A stretch of DNA of 64,000 bases from an uncultured virus (IMG/VR IMGVR_UViG_3300013105_000023) (Duplodnaviria; Heunggongvirae; Uroviricota; Caudoviricetes). The DNA is taken from the IMG/VR virus record IMGVR_UViG_3300013105_000023, one strand, 5' to 3'. A model generated the notes under the pieces. The model had not been told where the DNA came from, searched no databases, and saw only the letters and a program-made list of their open reading frames with translations. Position numbers and translations under genes: made by a program. Of this stretch, positions 30,122 through 39,953 are shown piece by piece. The stretch's first letter is position 1. Each line of letters opens with the position of its first letter.

Positions 30122-30770
30122 AATTCGGGCAATTCTTACGACTATCCTCAGAATGACGACATCCTGGAAGCGATTCCTGATGAGCGTGACTCTGATGCTG
30201 ATGATCGGCGGCGGCGCCCTGGTGTACCAAGCCACAACTTTATACCTTACCGGGAACTCGGAGTATTACTCCTCTCTGGCAAAACGTCTGAAGGCGGACG
30301 ACAAGATCACTCCAGTCATGGATACCTTTCGTTCAAACATTTCCGCCGACCGCTTGATCGTCGCCGAGCTGCATGACGGCAAGAAGAACACCACCGGTGT
30401 CCGTTTTGCTTACATGAGTGGAACCTACGAATCGGATGACCGCGGTCTGACCCGCGTCCTGATGGAGTTCCAGAATATTCCGACATCGATCTTTGCCGGC
30501 ATGTGGACCCCGTTGTTAAATGGCGAATGCGTCATGGTGGCGAAGGAATCGGAAGCTGGTCAACTGGCTGCCCGATCTCAGATGGAAGATTACGGTTCAC
30601 GCCGCACGTATATGTGCCCGATCCAATCTCCGGACGACAGCTCAATGATTGGCGTGCTGATCGCAACCTGGCGTGTGGATCCAGAAGATCTCGATCCGGC
30701 TAACGTCGACCGCGAGCTGAAGAAGGCATCTTACGTGATCTCAGGCCTGATCTACGAAGCGAAGGAGTAA
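30108..30770 (+). CDS. T4 gpT-like holin candidate (TM helix plus GAF-like domain)
   Basis: Basic N-terminus, one TM helix (FLMSVTLMLMIGGGALVY) and a C-terminal domain with TYMCPI...IGVLIATW. Confidence 0.5.
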   Translation: MFLTKIRAILTTILRMTTSWKRFLMSVTLMLMIGGGALVYQATTLYLTGNSEYYSSLAKRLKADDKITPVMDTFRSNISADRLIVAELHDGKKNTTGVRFAYMSGTYESDDRGLTRVLMEFQNIPTSIFAGMWTPLLNGECVMVAKESEAGQLAARSQMEDYGSRRTYMCPIQSPDDSSMIGVLIATWRVDPEDLDPANVDRELKKASYVISGLIYEAKE

Positions 30771-30772
30771 CC

Positions 30773-31207
30773 ATGGCAACTTTAACCACCCAAATGGTCC
30801 GTGACTACCTGGCGGACTCGAAGGAAAACAACCACTTGCTGGACGACATCGAGTTCTCTGATGCTCGTATCCGTTTGGCAATCGAGCTGGCCCTGAGCGA
30901 TTTCAACGCTATGCCACCGAAGTCAGTATTCCAAGCGCTGGACTTTCCGTACATGGCGACGTTGCTGGACGGCACGTGCTACCACATTTTCCGTGGCCAA
31001 ATGGCACTTGCAGCCCGTAACACCATGTCGTACAGTGACGGTGGGATCGACATCCCGATCGAAGAACGCTTCCCGTACTACACGCAGATGATGCAGATGT
31101 TCGGCGAGCAGTTCAAAGCGTCGGCCGCCCGCGAAAAGATCCAGCTGAACCTGGAATCTGGATGGGACTCCGTCTCGTCAGACTACTCAACTTTCCCAGC
31201 GTGGTAA
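30773..31207 (+). CDS. Head-tail adaptor/neck protein (putative)
   Basis: 144 aa helical protein at the head-tail junction. Confidence 0.5.
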   Translation: MATLTTQMVRDYLADSKENNHLLDDIEFSDARIRLAIELALSDFNAMPPKSVFQALDFPYMATLLDGTCYHIFRGQMALAARNTMSYSDGGIDIPIEERFPYYTQMMQMFGEQFKASAAREKIQLNLESGWDSVSSDYSTFPAW

Positions 31208-31210
31208 TCT

Positions 31211-32101
31211 ATGTTCCCAGTAAACGTATCTTGGCTTAACTTTACCGGCTTCACTGAAGTCGATACAGTCGTGGGCGACGAACTGGGGTACTTTGACGTA
31301 CGTATCAACTTTTTCCCCGATTGGTTCCAATCAATCCGTATGGACTGGGAGGTTCCCGGGGAAATGTTGGATCTGAACCCGAAGTTTCGTGTGATGGTGT
31401 CCGAGTCTGAAGAAGGCCCGTTCCGCGAAACGACGGCACAATGGTCCAGTGACCCGTTCGTCACGGTGACCAACACGTTCGATTCCTCAAAGTTTGGACG
31501 TGAATTCTACGTGCTGCAAGTCCTGCTCTCCGACGGGCGAATCCTGAAGTCGGCGCCACAGGTCATCGGGAACCGCTTGCCCCGCTGGCAGTTCCTCCGC
31601 TGGAAGGAGATCACCCGCCGCGAGTGGATCATGCTGGACAAATTCTACGGGGTGGAGTGTGTGATCTTCCGCCGCAAGGAGTATGGCCAACGGTGTTCTT
31701 ACTGCTGGGACAGCAAGAACGAGAAAGTCACCCGAGATCACTGCGAGCACTGCTTCGGCACGAGCTACGAAGGTGGTTTCTACAAAGGGATTTCTCAGCT
31801 CTTGCAGTTCAACCAGTGGGCTGGCACGAAGAGCAACACGTATTTCGGCAAGTATGAGCCCAACCAGGTCATGGCATGGACGATGAACTACCCAACGATC
31901 AAGCCGCATGATATCATCATTCGACTGACCGACTACACGGTGTTCCGGGTAGAAATGACGCAAAACACGACGGTCATGACGGTACCGCAGCGCCAGATCT
32001 TTAAGTTGACGCAGCTGTCCAAGACATCGATCGAAAACCGGTTGCTCCAGCGTGGCGGATGGTCGCCGCAGCGGGAAAGACCGTTACACATTCACCAGTG
32101 A
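31211..32101 (+). CDS. Neck/head-closure protein with Zn finger (putative)
   Basis: CxxC...CxxCxGT motif; position before tail completion and sheath genes. Confidence 0.5.
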   Translation: MFPVNVSWLNFTGFTEVDTVVGDELGYFDVRINFFPDWFQSIRMDWEVPGEMLDLNPKFRVMVSESEEGPFRETTAQWSSDPFVTVTNTFDSSKFGREFYVLQVLLSDGRILKSAPQVIGNRLPRWQFLRWKEITRREWIMLDKFYGVECVIFRRKEYGQRCSYCWDSKNEKVTRDHCEHCFGTSYEGGFYKGISQLLQFNQWAGTKSNTYFGKYEPNQVMAWTMNYPTIKPHDIIIRLTDYTVFRVEMTQNTTVMTVPQRQIFKLTQLSKTSIENRLLQRGGWSPQRERPLHIHQ

Positions 32102-32108
32102 GGTTAAA

Positions 32109-32312
32109 ATGCAATCATATATTGGTTACGGCGAAGGCATCTCTCAAGACGAAATCGACCTGGGGATTTTCTCAGGTTTCGGCGAGGGCTAAGCATGCAG
32201 GATGAACGACTGGATTTAATCACTAACGAGGAGAACTGGGATGTTTGATGAATTCGATGGATTTGATGAGCACCCTGACTTCATCCGCGGTGAAGAGGAT
32301 TGGGGAGTTTAA
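32109..32312 (+). CDS. Three tandem acidic micro-ORFs (27, 17 and 23 aa)
   Basis: 32109-32192, 32195-32248 and 32241-32312, each with a GAGG-type SD; they fill the gap exactly up to ATG 32313. Confidence 0.45.
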
Positions 32313-32894
32313 ATGGCTATCAACTTCACGCCGCTGAAAGTCGTCAGCATGTTCCGTGATAGCCTGCGGGTCTGGTTCCGTCAGTACGGCGGGCCAGATT
32401 TCGCGTGGGATCCTGATGTGAAGAAGAATCAGATCTGGATCGGCACGGTAAACGACTATAATAGTAATGAAGCCAATCAGAAAATGCCGCGTATTCTTTG
32501 TCAACGTGGTTCCGTCCAGCAGAACGTTCAGTTCATCAACAACAGCGAGGAAGTGGTGGAAGGTACGCCGCAAGAACCTGTTAAGAAAATGCGTATGGAC
32601 CTGAACGGATCGATCACCGTCATCGTTGAAGCCGATAATGAAGGGAGCTGTGAAGCTCTTGGTGAAGCAGTCCGCCGTTTCGTCACCCGTAACCGCCCGA
32701 TGTTCGAGGAAGAGTTTGGGTTCCAACGCTTCGGATGGCAGATCATGGTTTCTGAGTGTCAAGCTGACACAGAAGACAAAGAGAAATTTAAAATACAGGT
32801 ACAGATGCCGTACATCGTTGAGGATCGCTGGAACTATAAACCAGATGCAGTGCTCCTTAAGCAGATCGTCGGTGATGTACGTGTAACCAAATAA
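32313..32894 (+). CDS. Tail completion/terminator protein (putative)
   Basis: 193 aa directly upstream of the sheath; P.I...RG motif. Confidence 0.55.
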   Translation: MAINFTPLKVVSMFRDSLRVWFRQYGGPDFAWDPDVKKNQIWIGTVNDYNSNEANQKMPRILCQRGSVQQNVQFINNSEEVVEGTPQEPVKKMRMDLNGSITVIVEADNEGSCEALGEAVRRFVTRNRPMFEEEFGFQRFGWQIMVSECQADTEDKEKFKIQVQMPYIVEDRWNYKPDAVLLKQIVGDVRVTK

Positions 32895-32912
32895 CCAGTG
32901 AGGAAAGCATAA

Positions 32913-35033
32913 ATGGCTTACAGAAAACCCAGTACCGCTGTGTACCAAGAGTTGCAAAACTCTGGTGGAGCGGCTTCGGCTACTCCAGACCTGCAGACGG
33001 TCATTATCGGTCCGCTTTACAACGAAGTGAAGATCGACCCGACCGATGAAACCTCCCTGGCAAACGCCAAAGGGACGGACGTCGCTCATTGGCTGGAAGC
33101 GGGTGAAGCCCGTAAGATGATCGAGATCGCGATCAACGGTGGTTCTACCTACCCAGGTCAGAAAGTCGTTGATGACGAGAGCATTCGTCTGTACCTGATG
33201 AACGTCCAGGTGAAAACCTACTCGTTCACCATGCCGTCTCTGAGCTTTGTTGAGCCAGCGACTTCGGCACAGTTCGTTGCGGACGTGTCTGCGGTTCAGT
33301 TCGGTTTCGCCGATAACAACCCGCTGGCATCTCTGGCTTTCGGTGACAAGACGGCTCACGTCAAGTCTGGCGACCTGCTGATCGCAACCAACGGCACCCT
33401 GACTGTTGAGACCACCATCTCTGCAGTAAGCCTGTCGGGTAACAAACTGACTGTCAGCGTGACAGACTCTCTGAGCGCTCTGGGTGGTTCTACACCGGTG
33501 ACTTTCGAAGTCTACCGTCTGCAGACCGGCCTGGAACTGAACATCTTCCGTGTTAACGCACAGGATGTTGACGTTTCGCAGATGCTGCTGGGCCAGGAAG
33601 TCCTGAAGATTTCCAACCAGTACCAAGTGCTGAACACGCCGGTTGCCGGCGACGGTTCGTACACCCTGCGTTCACCGGCTCAGTCTGCTGGTGGTGCGGT
33701 GACTCAGACTTACGTGGGCTACCGTGCTCTGCGTACCGACAAGTCACGTGAGATCCTGACGATCGAACAGACCCCAGGCGACCTGGTGTCAAAACTGGGT
33801 GCAGCAACCAGCTCTAACCCGCTGGCGCTGGGCGTAAGCATCGCTCAGAAGAACACCACCACCAGCCTGCGTGCGGTAGCGATCGAAGAAGACACCGTTG
33901 AGGCCTACCAGTCTGCTCTGCAGCTGATCCAGACCGAACGTCTGTACTCAGTGATCCCGCTGACGTCGAAGATGGAAGTGCTGACCATGGTTGAAGCTCA
34001 CGTTAAGCAGCTGTCTGGTCCGGAAGAAGCCATGTGGCGTATCGCCATCGTGTCATCTGACCCAAGCGACGTCCTGAACCTGGGTGTCTTCAATGGCTCT
34101 TACGCCATCAAGAAGAGCTCAATCGGTGACTCTGCTGGCCGCCACAACATGATCCTGAGCGTTCCAGGTGCAACCTTCCTGAACGACGGCATCGAGCCGG
34201 GCGACATGTTAAGCATCGTGACCGCTGACGACGCGAGCATCCAGGGTACGTTCAAGATCGACACGATCTACTCGAACACCACCATCGGTATCAAAGCCGG
34301 CCTGGCAGGTGAAACGGGTTACATCCCGGAAGTGGAAACTAACGTGACCAAGTTCGAGATCGTTCGCAACCTGGATCACACCAGCAAAGCGAAGAACATT
34401 GCGGCTATCTCAAGCACCTTCAAGAGCAACCGTGTGATTCACATCATGCCTTGCCTGGTCGGTATCACTGAGAACGGGACTGTGAAGTACCTGCCGTCGT
34501 ACTACCTGGCGTGTGCTGTAGGTGGAATGGTAGCTGGTTTCCCAATCCAGCAGGGCCTGACCAACCTGACCGTTGCGGGCATCGACTCGCTGCAGGGAAG
34601 TAACTTCTACTTCTCGAAGGACGATCTGAACACCATGGCTGCGGCCGGTACGATGATCTTCGTTCAGGATACACAGTCGGCTGCACCGTACTGCCGCCAC
34701 GAGCTGACCACCGACATGAGCGTGCTGGAATACCGCGAGCTCCTGAAGGTGAAGAACTGGGATTACCTGTCGTACTTCTACAAGGACATCCTGGATCCGT
34801 TCATCGGTAACTGGAACATCGTTGATGACACGATCCGCGTGATCCGTCAGACAGTGATCTCCGCTTCCGAGAACCTGAAGGCTCAGAAGCTGCCACGTAT
34901 CGGAGCACCGCTGGTGTCATACAGCATTGATACCCTGGCTCAGGACGCGACCACGAAGGACAAGATCAACCTGATCATGAAGATCGCGATCGTCGACCCG
35001 AACAACTACACCGATGTTCACCTGGTGATCTAA
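32913..35033 (+). CDS. Contractile tail sheath protein
   Basis: 706 aa; MAYRKPSTAVYQE start; C-terminal QGLTN, LNTMAAAG and HELTT pattern; followed by a tube-sized gene. Confidence 0.85.
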   Translation: MAYRKPSTAVYQELQNSGGAASATPDLQTVIIGPLYNEVKIDPTDETSLANAKGTDVAHWLEAGEARKMIEIAINGGSTYPGQKVVDDESIRLYLMNVQVKTYSFTMPSLSFVEPATSAQFVADVSAVQFGFADNNPLASLAFGDKTAHVKSGDLLIATNGTLTVETTISAVSLSGNKLTVSVTDSLSALGGSTPVTFEVYRLQTGLELNIFRVNAQDVDVSQMLLGQEVLKISNQYQVLNTPVAGDGSYTLRSPAQSAGGAVTQTYVGYRALRTDKSREILTIEQTPGDLVSKLGAATSSNPLALGVSIAQKNTTTSLRAVAIEEDTVEAYQSALQLIQTERLYSVIPLTSKMEVLTMVEAHVKQLSGPEEAMWRIAIVSSDPSDVLNLGVFNGSYAIKKSSIGDSAGRHNMILSVPGATFLNDGIEPGDMLSIVTADDASIQGTFKIDTIYSNTTIGIKAGLAGETGYIPEVETNVTKFEIVRNLDHTSKAKNIAAISSTFKSNRVIHIMPCLVGITENGTVKYLPSYYLACAVGGMVAGFPIQQGLTNLTVAGIDSLQGSNFYFSKDDLNTMAAAGTMIFVQDTQSAAPYCRHELTTDMSVLEYRELLKVKNWDYLSYFYKDILDPFIGNWNIVDDTIRVIRQTVISASENLKAQKLPRIGAPLVSYSIDTLAQDATTKDKINLIMKIAIVDPNNYTDVHLVI

Positions 35034-35079
35034 CGGTCTGGGCCCTTCAGGGCCCTAACAGTCAACAAGAGGATTTAAC

Positions 35080-35772
35080 ATGGCTACTCCAAATGACGCA
35101 CTGGGCGTCGCTACCGACAACGAAGGCCTGTCGGCTGCTTGGGACTGGAAAGGTGAATACGTTGATGGTCTTGCCAGTGGTGACGGTCTTGAGCGTTTCT
35201 CTCAAGGTTCTGCTACACCTGACACGACCATCCTGTTCGCTGGTCCCGCTCGTTTTACCGGTATCGGTAGTAACACCAAAAAGCTGCACCCAATCGGCCT
35301 GATCGATGGTTTCAGCTTCTCGAGCTCTGCACAGCTGCAGCGTATGTTCGAGATCGGTTCTAACCGTTCGTTCTTCACCCGTGGTAAGACGATCAGTCAG
35401 ATCCAGATCAGCTCCATGATCGCCGACCAACAGAACCTGCTGAAGGTCCTGACTCAGGAAGCATACAACAGCAACTCTCTGCTGGCGGGTAAATACACGC
35501 TGGATGCACAGGGAACCAAAGCCGCTGGTGTCAGCAACCTGTATCTGAACCTGGACTCGGAAATGATGGGCGTACCGTTCGGTATGCTGATGCTGTTCAA
35601 AACCAAAGGTTCCGAGGGTGCTTCTGGCCTCCGCGGTAAAATCTTAGGTGCAGCCTACCTCGAGTACTGCATGCTGTCTGGCTGGCAGTTCAACGTCCAG
35701 TCACAGGCTCCGGTTATCCAGGAGAACGTGCAGATCGAGTTCGACCGTGCGGTCCCAGTTGACCTGCAATAA
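35080..35772 (+). CDS. Tail tube protein
   Basis: PIGLIDGF..S..QLQRMFEIGS...YLEYC...IQENVQIEF; follows the sheath gene. Confidence 0.75.
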   Translation: MATPNDALGVATDNEGLSAAWDWKGEYVDGLASGDGLERFSQGSATPDTTILFAGPARFTGIGSNTKKLHPIGLIDGFSFSSSAQLQRMFEIGSNRSFFTRGKTISQIQISSMIADQQNLLKVLTQEAYNSNSLLAGKYTLDAQGTKAAGVSNLYLNLDSEMMGVPFGMLMLFKTKGSEGASGLRGKILGAAYLEYCMLSGWQFNVQSQAPVIQENVQIEFDRAVPVDLQ

Positions 35773-35787
35773 CGGTAAGTGATCAAG

Positions 35788-35810
35788 AAAGGGCCTCCGG
35801 GCCCTTTTTT
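35788..35810 (+). terminator. Intrinsic terminator
   Basis: AAAGGGCC-TCCG-GGCCCTTTTTT. Confidence 0.8.
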
Positions 35811-35824
35811 ATTGGGAGAAGAAA

Positions 35825-36934
35825 ATGTTCAACTTAGCAAGATCCCCTGGCGGTTCCTCAGCCCTTTTCTACGAAGCGTTCGTAGCCGGCGTTGACTTGA
35901 AGCGCCATGAGTGCAAGATCCGTACGGATTACGGCCAAACGATCAACGGTGTTCGCTGGCTAAAAGAAGGCGGTGCCGACGGATACGGTGAGAATAAAGC
36001 TCCGACTGAGCGTTCTCGCGTGCTGGTCATGCGTCTGGGTGCGTCCCACATTATCATGGGCTCGCTGGGGGTAATCACCAATGACGACATTCGGGCGACC
36101 GGACCGGCGATCGGTAAGCAGGGATCTCCGGCGATTGAACCGGCGAACTACTCCGTCTCCCAGTCAGCCAGCATTTCCGGTGACCAATCCTCTCCGGCCG
36201 ATCAGCGGGTCGGAGACTGGACGCGTACGTCTCACGGTGGAGGCATGATTGCTCTGCTCCGTGCAGGTACCGTTATGATGAAAGCATCACCCACCAGCAT
36301 GCTCATGCTCTCACCGTTTGACGATCTAGGGCGCTTGGTGACCCGTAACTGGGAGCATTTCACCGACGTGGACAGTACCCGCAAGATCTCCTCGGGCGGG
36401 GTCGTGTCGATGACCCATGAAGTTTTCCCAACGTCCGCCCGTGCACGCTCCGAGCTCCCATCTATGCGGGAAGTCCGCGGAGGAGCAGATGCTGTCGGAG
36501 ATGCCGGTGGAATTGCTCGCCGAACGACCTTCGATGACGGTGGTACCATGACGTCTCAGCAGACTGAATACGCCAACGGCCGTAAGCACCAGCTGGTCCA
36601 AACCGGAGGCAGCACTGTAGAGACCGACACCACGATCAATGGGTATTTCACTAAGGTTCACGGTGGCGACAAATCGTATTTCAGCATGGGCGAATCAGCC
36701 GTTCACCTGGACGTAGCCGACGATATGGCTCTCGATATGAGCAAAGATCGCATCTCCATCAAGGCGGCCGACGGTGTTGAAATCACGTGGAACCGTGGCG
36801 GCAAGCTTCAAGTGAAGACCTCCGGAGATGCAGATTTCAACATCGGCGGGAACCTGACCTTTGGCGCCCAGAGTGTCACGTACAATGTGTCTGGTCTGTA
36901 CAAAGTTAACGCGGCGGCGATTGAGCTTGGGTAA
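35825..36934 (+). CDS. Baseplate central spike (gp5/gpV-like)
   Basis: N-terminal OB-fold-like region (P...SRVLV...IMG), C-terminal beta-helix-like repeats, adjacent PAAR gene. Confidence 0.7.
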   Translation: MFNLARSPGGSSALFYEAFVAGVDLKRHECKIRTDYGQTINGVRWLKEGGADGYGENKAPTERSRVLVMRLGASHIIMGSLGVITNDDIRATGPAIGKQGSPAIEPANYSVSQSASISGDQSSPADQRVGDWTRTSHGGGMIALLRAGTVMMKASPTSMLMLSPFDDLGRLVTRNWEHFTDVDSTRKISSGGVVSMTHEVFPTSARARSELPSMREVRGGADAVGDAGGIARRTTFDDGGTMTSQQTEYANGRKHQLVQTGGSTVETDTTINGYFTKVHGGDKSYFSMGESAVHLDVADDMALDMSKDRISIKAADGVEITWNRGGKLQVKTSGDADFNIGGNLTFGAQSVTYNVSGLYKVNAAAIELG

Positions 36935-37226
36935 GCGAGTAGCACTTCAGGGGACTTTAACGGCGGGAATCACAGGATGGTCCCGTGTCGCCCTGTACCA
37001 GAACCCCGCGGCGGCCAAGGTCACGATCAACGGGCGCCGGGCCCTGAAGGTCGGCTCCGGCGGGGAAGAGCACCACAAGGACGATCGGGATCGGCCGTGC
37101 TACGTGCTCGGGGCATCGGGGAAAGTGAAGATCAACGGTGAGTACGTGGCCCGGGAAGGTGATCCAGTTTCTGACGGCGATGTGATCTCGGGTGACGGGG
37201 CGTCGAGTAACGTGACCTTCGGGTGA
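36927..37226 (+). CDS. PAAR-like spike tip protein
   Basis: VTINGRRALKVG..HH...GASGKVKINGEYVAREGDPVSDGD; start uncertain (TTG 36921 or 36927). Confidence 0.75.
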   Translation: MGKRVALQGTLTAGITGWSRVALYQNPAAAKVTINGRRALKVGSGGEEHHKDDRDRPCYVLGASGKVKINGEYVAREGDPVSDGDVISGDGASSNVTFG

Positions 37227-37565
37227 GCCAGCGTCATCCTCAGGCGTTTTCTGGCTAAAAACGGGCTGACCTACGTCCTACCCTGCAGAAGCGCTTACAG
37301 AGCGTCTGAGGGCGTTCTAAAAGAGGGGGCGATTGCCCCCTTAAGTTTTAGTCAAGGTGTCGGTCAGATGGGTAGTTCATCTCACTTTCTGAAGCTGTTA
37401 ACATTAGCTTATCCTTATACTATTAGAGGAGCCCCACACGGATTCCCATTCGGGCAATGTGTGAAGCAATCAGCCGGATTATCACAAGATAACGCGGCAG
37501 GGTCATAACTCGCATTTTGGGCATCAGTGCACCAAACATAATCGATCTCCTATTTCCTTTACACT

Positions 37566-38000
37566 TTACTTATACCAGCTTTCCGAACGGATTAGCATAA
37601 CGGGTTTCGAGTTAGGATCGTGCAACGTCGCCAAGACGGCCAGGAGTTGAATGTAATTATCTTGGTCGAGTTCAATCTCCGGGCCACCCAACCCACGCTG
37701 CTCCAGTAGGGTTAAGACACCACCGAACCACCAGAACGTGCCCGTGCAGAAATGGGCATACACTTGGTCCATCAAGCGAGCACAGAAGTCCACGGTCGGC
37801 TTCTGCAGGTCTTCAAGGTCGTCAATCGTGAAGCGACGGTCTTCATCGAACACGAGTGTTGTGGACTCGAAGCATTCCAAGTCATCTTGTTGGAGTAAGC
37901 GGTTAAGCATTTCATCTCTCGAGACTGAACCAATCAGTGGCATCCTGAGGCCGAGTTCCGGGAGAGTATATAATTGGGGTTTTACGTTTTCTGGGGTCAT
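37566..38000 (-). CDS. Hypothetical protein
   Basis: 144 aa ORF in a minus-strand island. Confidence 0.6.
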   Translation of the reverse strand: MTPENVKPQLYTLPELGLRMPLIGSVSRDEMLNRLLQQDDLECFESTTLVFDEDRRFTIDDLEDLQKPTVDFCARLMDQVYAHFCTGTFWWFGGVLTLLEQRGLGGPEIELDQDNYIQLLAVLATLHDPNSKPVMLIRSESWYK

Positions 38001-38042
38001 GATGATCTCAACTAAAAAGGGGCTCGGTAGAGCCCCATAGTA

Positions 38043-38939
38043 TTACTTCAGATTGCCAAAGAGGTCAATCTCTACAGCCGTCCGCTTGGCGTTTTCTTCC
38101 GCCAGGCAGTCTTCGTAGATACCCACGATCTCTGAAACGACCGGGGCGAACTCCACGGCGTGCGTCAGTTCACCGTGCAGGATCGCAATGGTGCTGACAC
38201 CAGCATAGATAGTCTGGTTTTCGAAACGCACGTCATGCTGGAATGCATCCAGAGCCAGACGGTTACGCAGAATAACCTGAGCAATATAGGCATCTTCATA
38301 ATCCAGGCAGTACGCCGCAAAGTACAGATCTTTCAGGTTGAACAGGATTTCACCGTTCTCTTCATCCTGCAGAACGCGGATCGGATTACCAGCGAACTTC
38401 AGCTGCGGGAGATTGCTGCGAATACCGGTTGCGACCGCCGCTTCCTGAACGCTGTCGGATTCCATCCAGCTCGGAGTATCCTTGAACAGTTCAGCTGCCG
38501 GCAGCGCCGGACGAGACGGAGTGGTGAAGCCTTGTGAAACAGGGATTTCCAGTTGGGTTTCCTGTCCATCCTGACCGGAGGCCAGCTCTTCCACTTCTTC
38601 CTGGAAACCGTTGGATTGCAACTTCAGGACACCGCCCTGATAGTTGTCGATCTGCTGGGCAATACGGGCAACCACTTCATCCCAGTCGTTATCGAACAAG
38701 TCGTTAAAGATCAGGACCGCAGTAGCGCCGTCGACATACAGGACGTCATCCTGGATGGTCGCGTACTTATCATCCGCACCTTCCAGATCACTGTATTCGT
38801 CACCATGCTCACGCTCGATAACTTCCAGGCACTCGCTCTGGATAGTGTCATCTTCTTCGGTGATCTGGCGGATCAGCTGCAGGATATCGATCTTGTTGCC
38901 AAACGTGTTGAAGAAGTTACCGCCAATAAACAGGTTCAT
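38043..38939 (-). CDS. Acidic protein with C-terminal Bro-N-like domain
   Basis: LKFAGNPIRVLQDEENGEILFNLKDL resembles the Bro-N start; AAGGA SD. Confidence 0.6.
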   Translation of the reverse strand: MNLFIGGNFFNTFGNKIDILQLIRQITEEDDTIQSECLEVIEREHGDEYSDLEGADDKYATIQDDVLYVDGATAVLIFNDLFDNDWDEVVARIAQQIDNYQGGVLKLQSNGFQEEVEELASGQDGQETQLEIPVSQGFTTPSRPALPAAELFKDTPSWMESDSVQEAAVATGIRSNLPQLKFAGNPIRVLQDEENGEILFNLKDLYFAAYCLDYEDAYIAQVILRNRLALDAFQHDVRFENQTIYAGVSTIAILHGELTHAVEFAPVVSEIVGIYEDCLAEENAKRTAVEIDLFGNLK

Positions 38940-38947
38940 GATTTTCC

Positions 38948-39415
38948 TTACAGCCAGTAGGCTTGTGGGTTTGCAGTATAGGTGTAGAGATCGACTTCAG
39001 CCAGAGGATCGACCACTGGTTCAGCCACAGGTGCTTCAACAACCAACGTAGAGTAGCGTTCGGCGAGCGTAGCGAACTCTTCTACTCGGTTGCCGAGAAT
39101 GACGCGGCCACGAGACACTTCGTCAATGTTCACTTCAATGGCCTTCTTACGGGCCATCATGATGATACCGTCCGATAACAAACCGGGGAACTTGCGGAGG
39201 AACAGACGTCCACCGATGACCTCAGTTTTGATCGGGTAGTAACAGAACGTTGGGATAGGTGGTGTCCCAGGCATACCGTTCTCATGATCAACGGTAACGA
39301 AATAGTTCACTTTGTTTTCAAGTGTCCGGCTGATAAAACTGGGCTTTTCTCCGAAGGGGTTAATCTTCAGGTTGCCCATATCTTGAAAGCTGAACACACT
39401 TCCGACTTTTTCCAC
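38948..39415 (-). CDS. Hypothetical protein
   Basis: 155 aa; GTG start after AAGGGGG. Confidence 0.6.
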   Translation of the reverse strand: MEKVGSVFSFQDMGNLKINPFGEKPSFISRTLENKVNYFVTVDHENGMPGTPPIPTFCYYPIKTEVIGGRLFLRKFPGLLSDGIIMMARKKAIEVNIDEVSRGRVILGNRVEEFATLAERYSTLVVEAPVAEPVVDPLAEVDLYTYTANPQAYWL

Positions 39416-39585
39416 AGTTCCCCCTTATAACCAATGACGTTTGATTGCTTCACGAACGATGATTGCTGAGATAGCCTGAATAGCAGCCAAAAAATGAACC
39501 AAAGTAATACGACACAGCATTCTTCCTCCAAGGTGACACGGAATCGTCTCCTATCCACAATGATAGGGCTAGGTGCCACCCATGT

Positions 39586-39618
39586 TAGTTATACCTGGGT
39601 ACGCTTAAATATTGAACA
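39586..39618 (-). promoter_or_regulatory. Putative promoter TTCAAT-N17-TATAAC
   Basis: Same TTCAATATTT...GGTATAA architecture as 47191-47219. Confidence 0.55.
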
Positions 39619-39678
39619 CGTTCCATGACAAAGCGTGATACCATGCGGGTTAGCGGAGAGTTGGGACGTGGGAACGGG

Positions 39679-39902
39679 ATGTACGTGAAAACCTACATGC
39701 CCCTATAGCCCTAAGAGGGTGGGTGGTAACCCTGTATATATCTTTAAAAAAGCCTTAGTAAGTAGTTTATAGTATAGGGGAACAGTTACACTATAAAGGG
39801 TGTGTTAAGTGACGTAACAGACGTATCAACGTACCAAATGCCCGCAAACCCTTGTCCCACAAGGCTTTCACGTGGTACGTCCTTGGAACATTGGACGTAT
39901 CA
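39679..39902. repeat. Dispersed non-coding repeat, copy 2
   Basis: 62-bp core at 39735-39796 identical to 6285-6346. Confidence 0.9.
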
Positions 39903-39953
39903 AAGCCGTTCTGGCTAAAATATCAATAGGATTAACCACGAGGAATCTCCCTA

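Noticed and set aside
32223..33626. 467-aa minus-strand ORF
   Set aside because: It is antisense to the tail completion and sheath genes, has no recognisable motif, and is explained by the strong codon bias of the sense strand.
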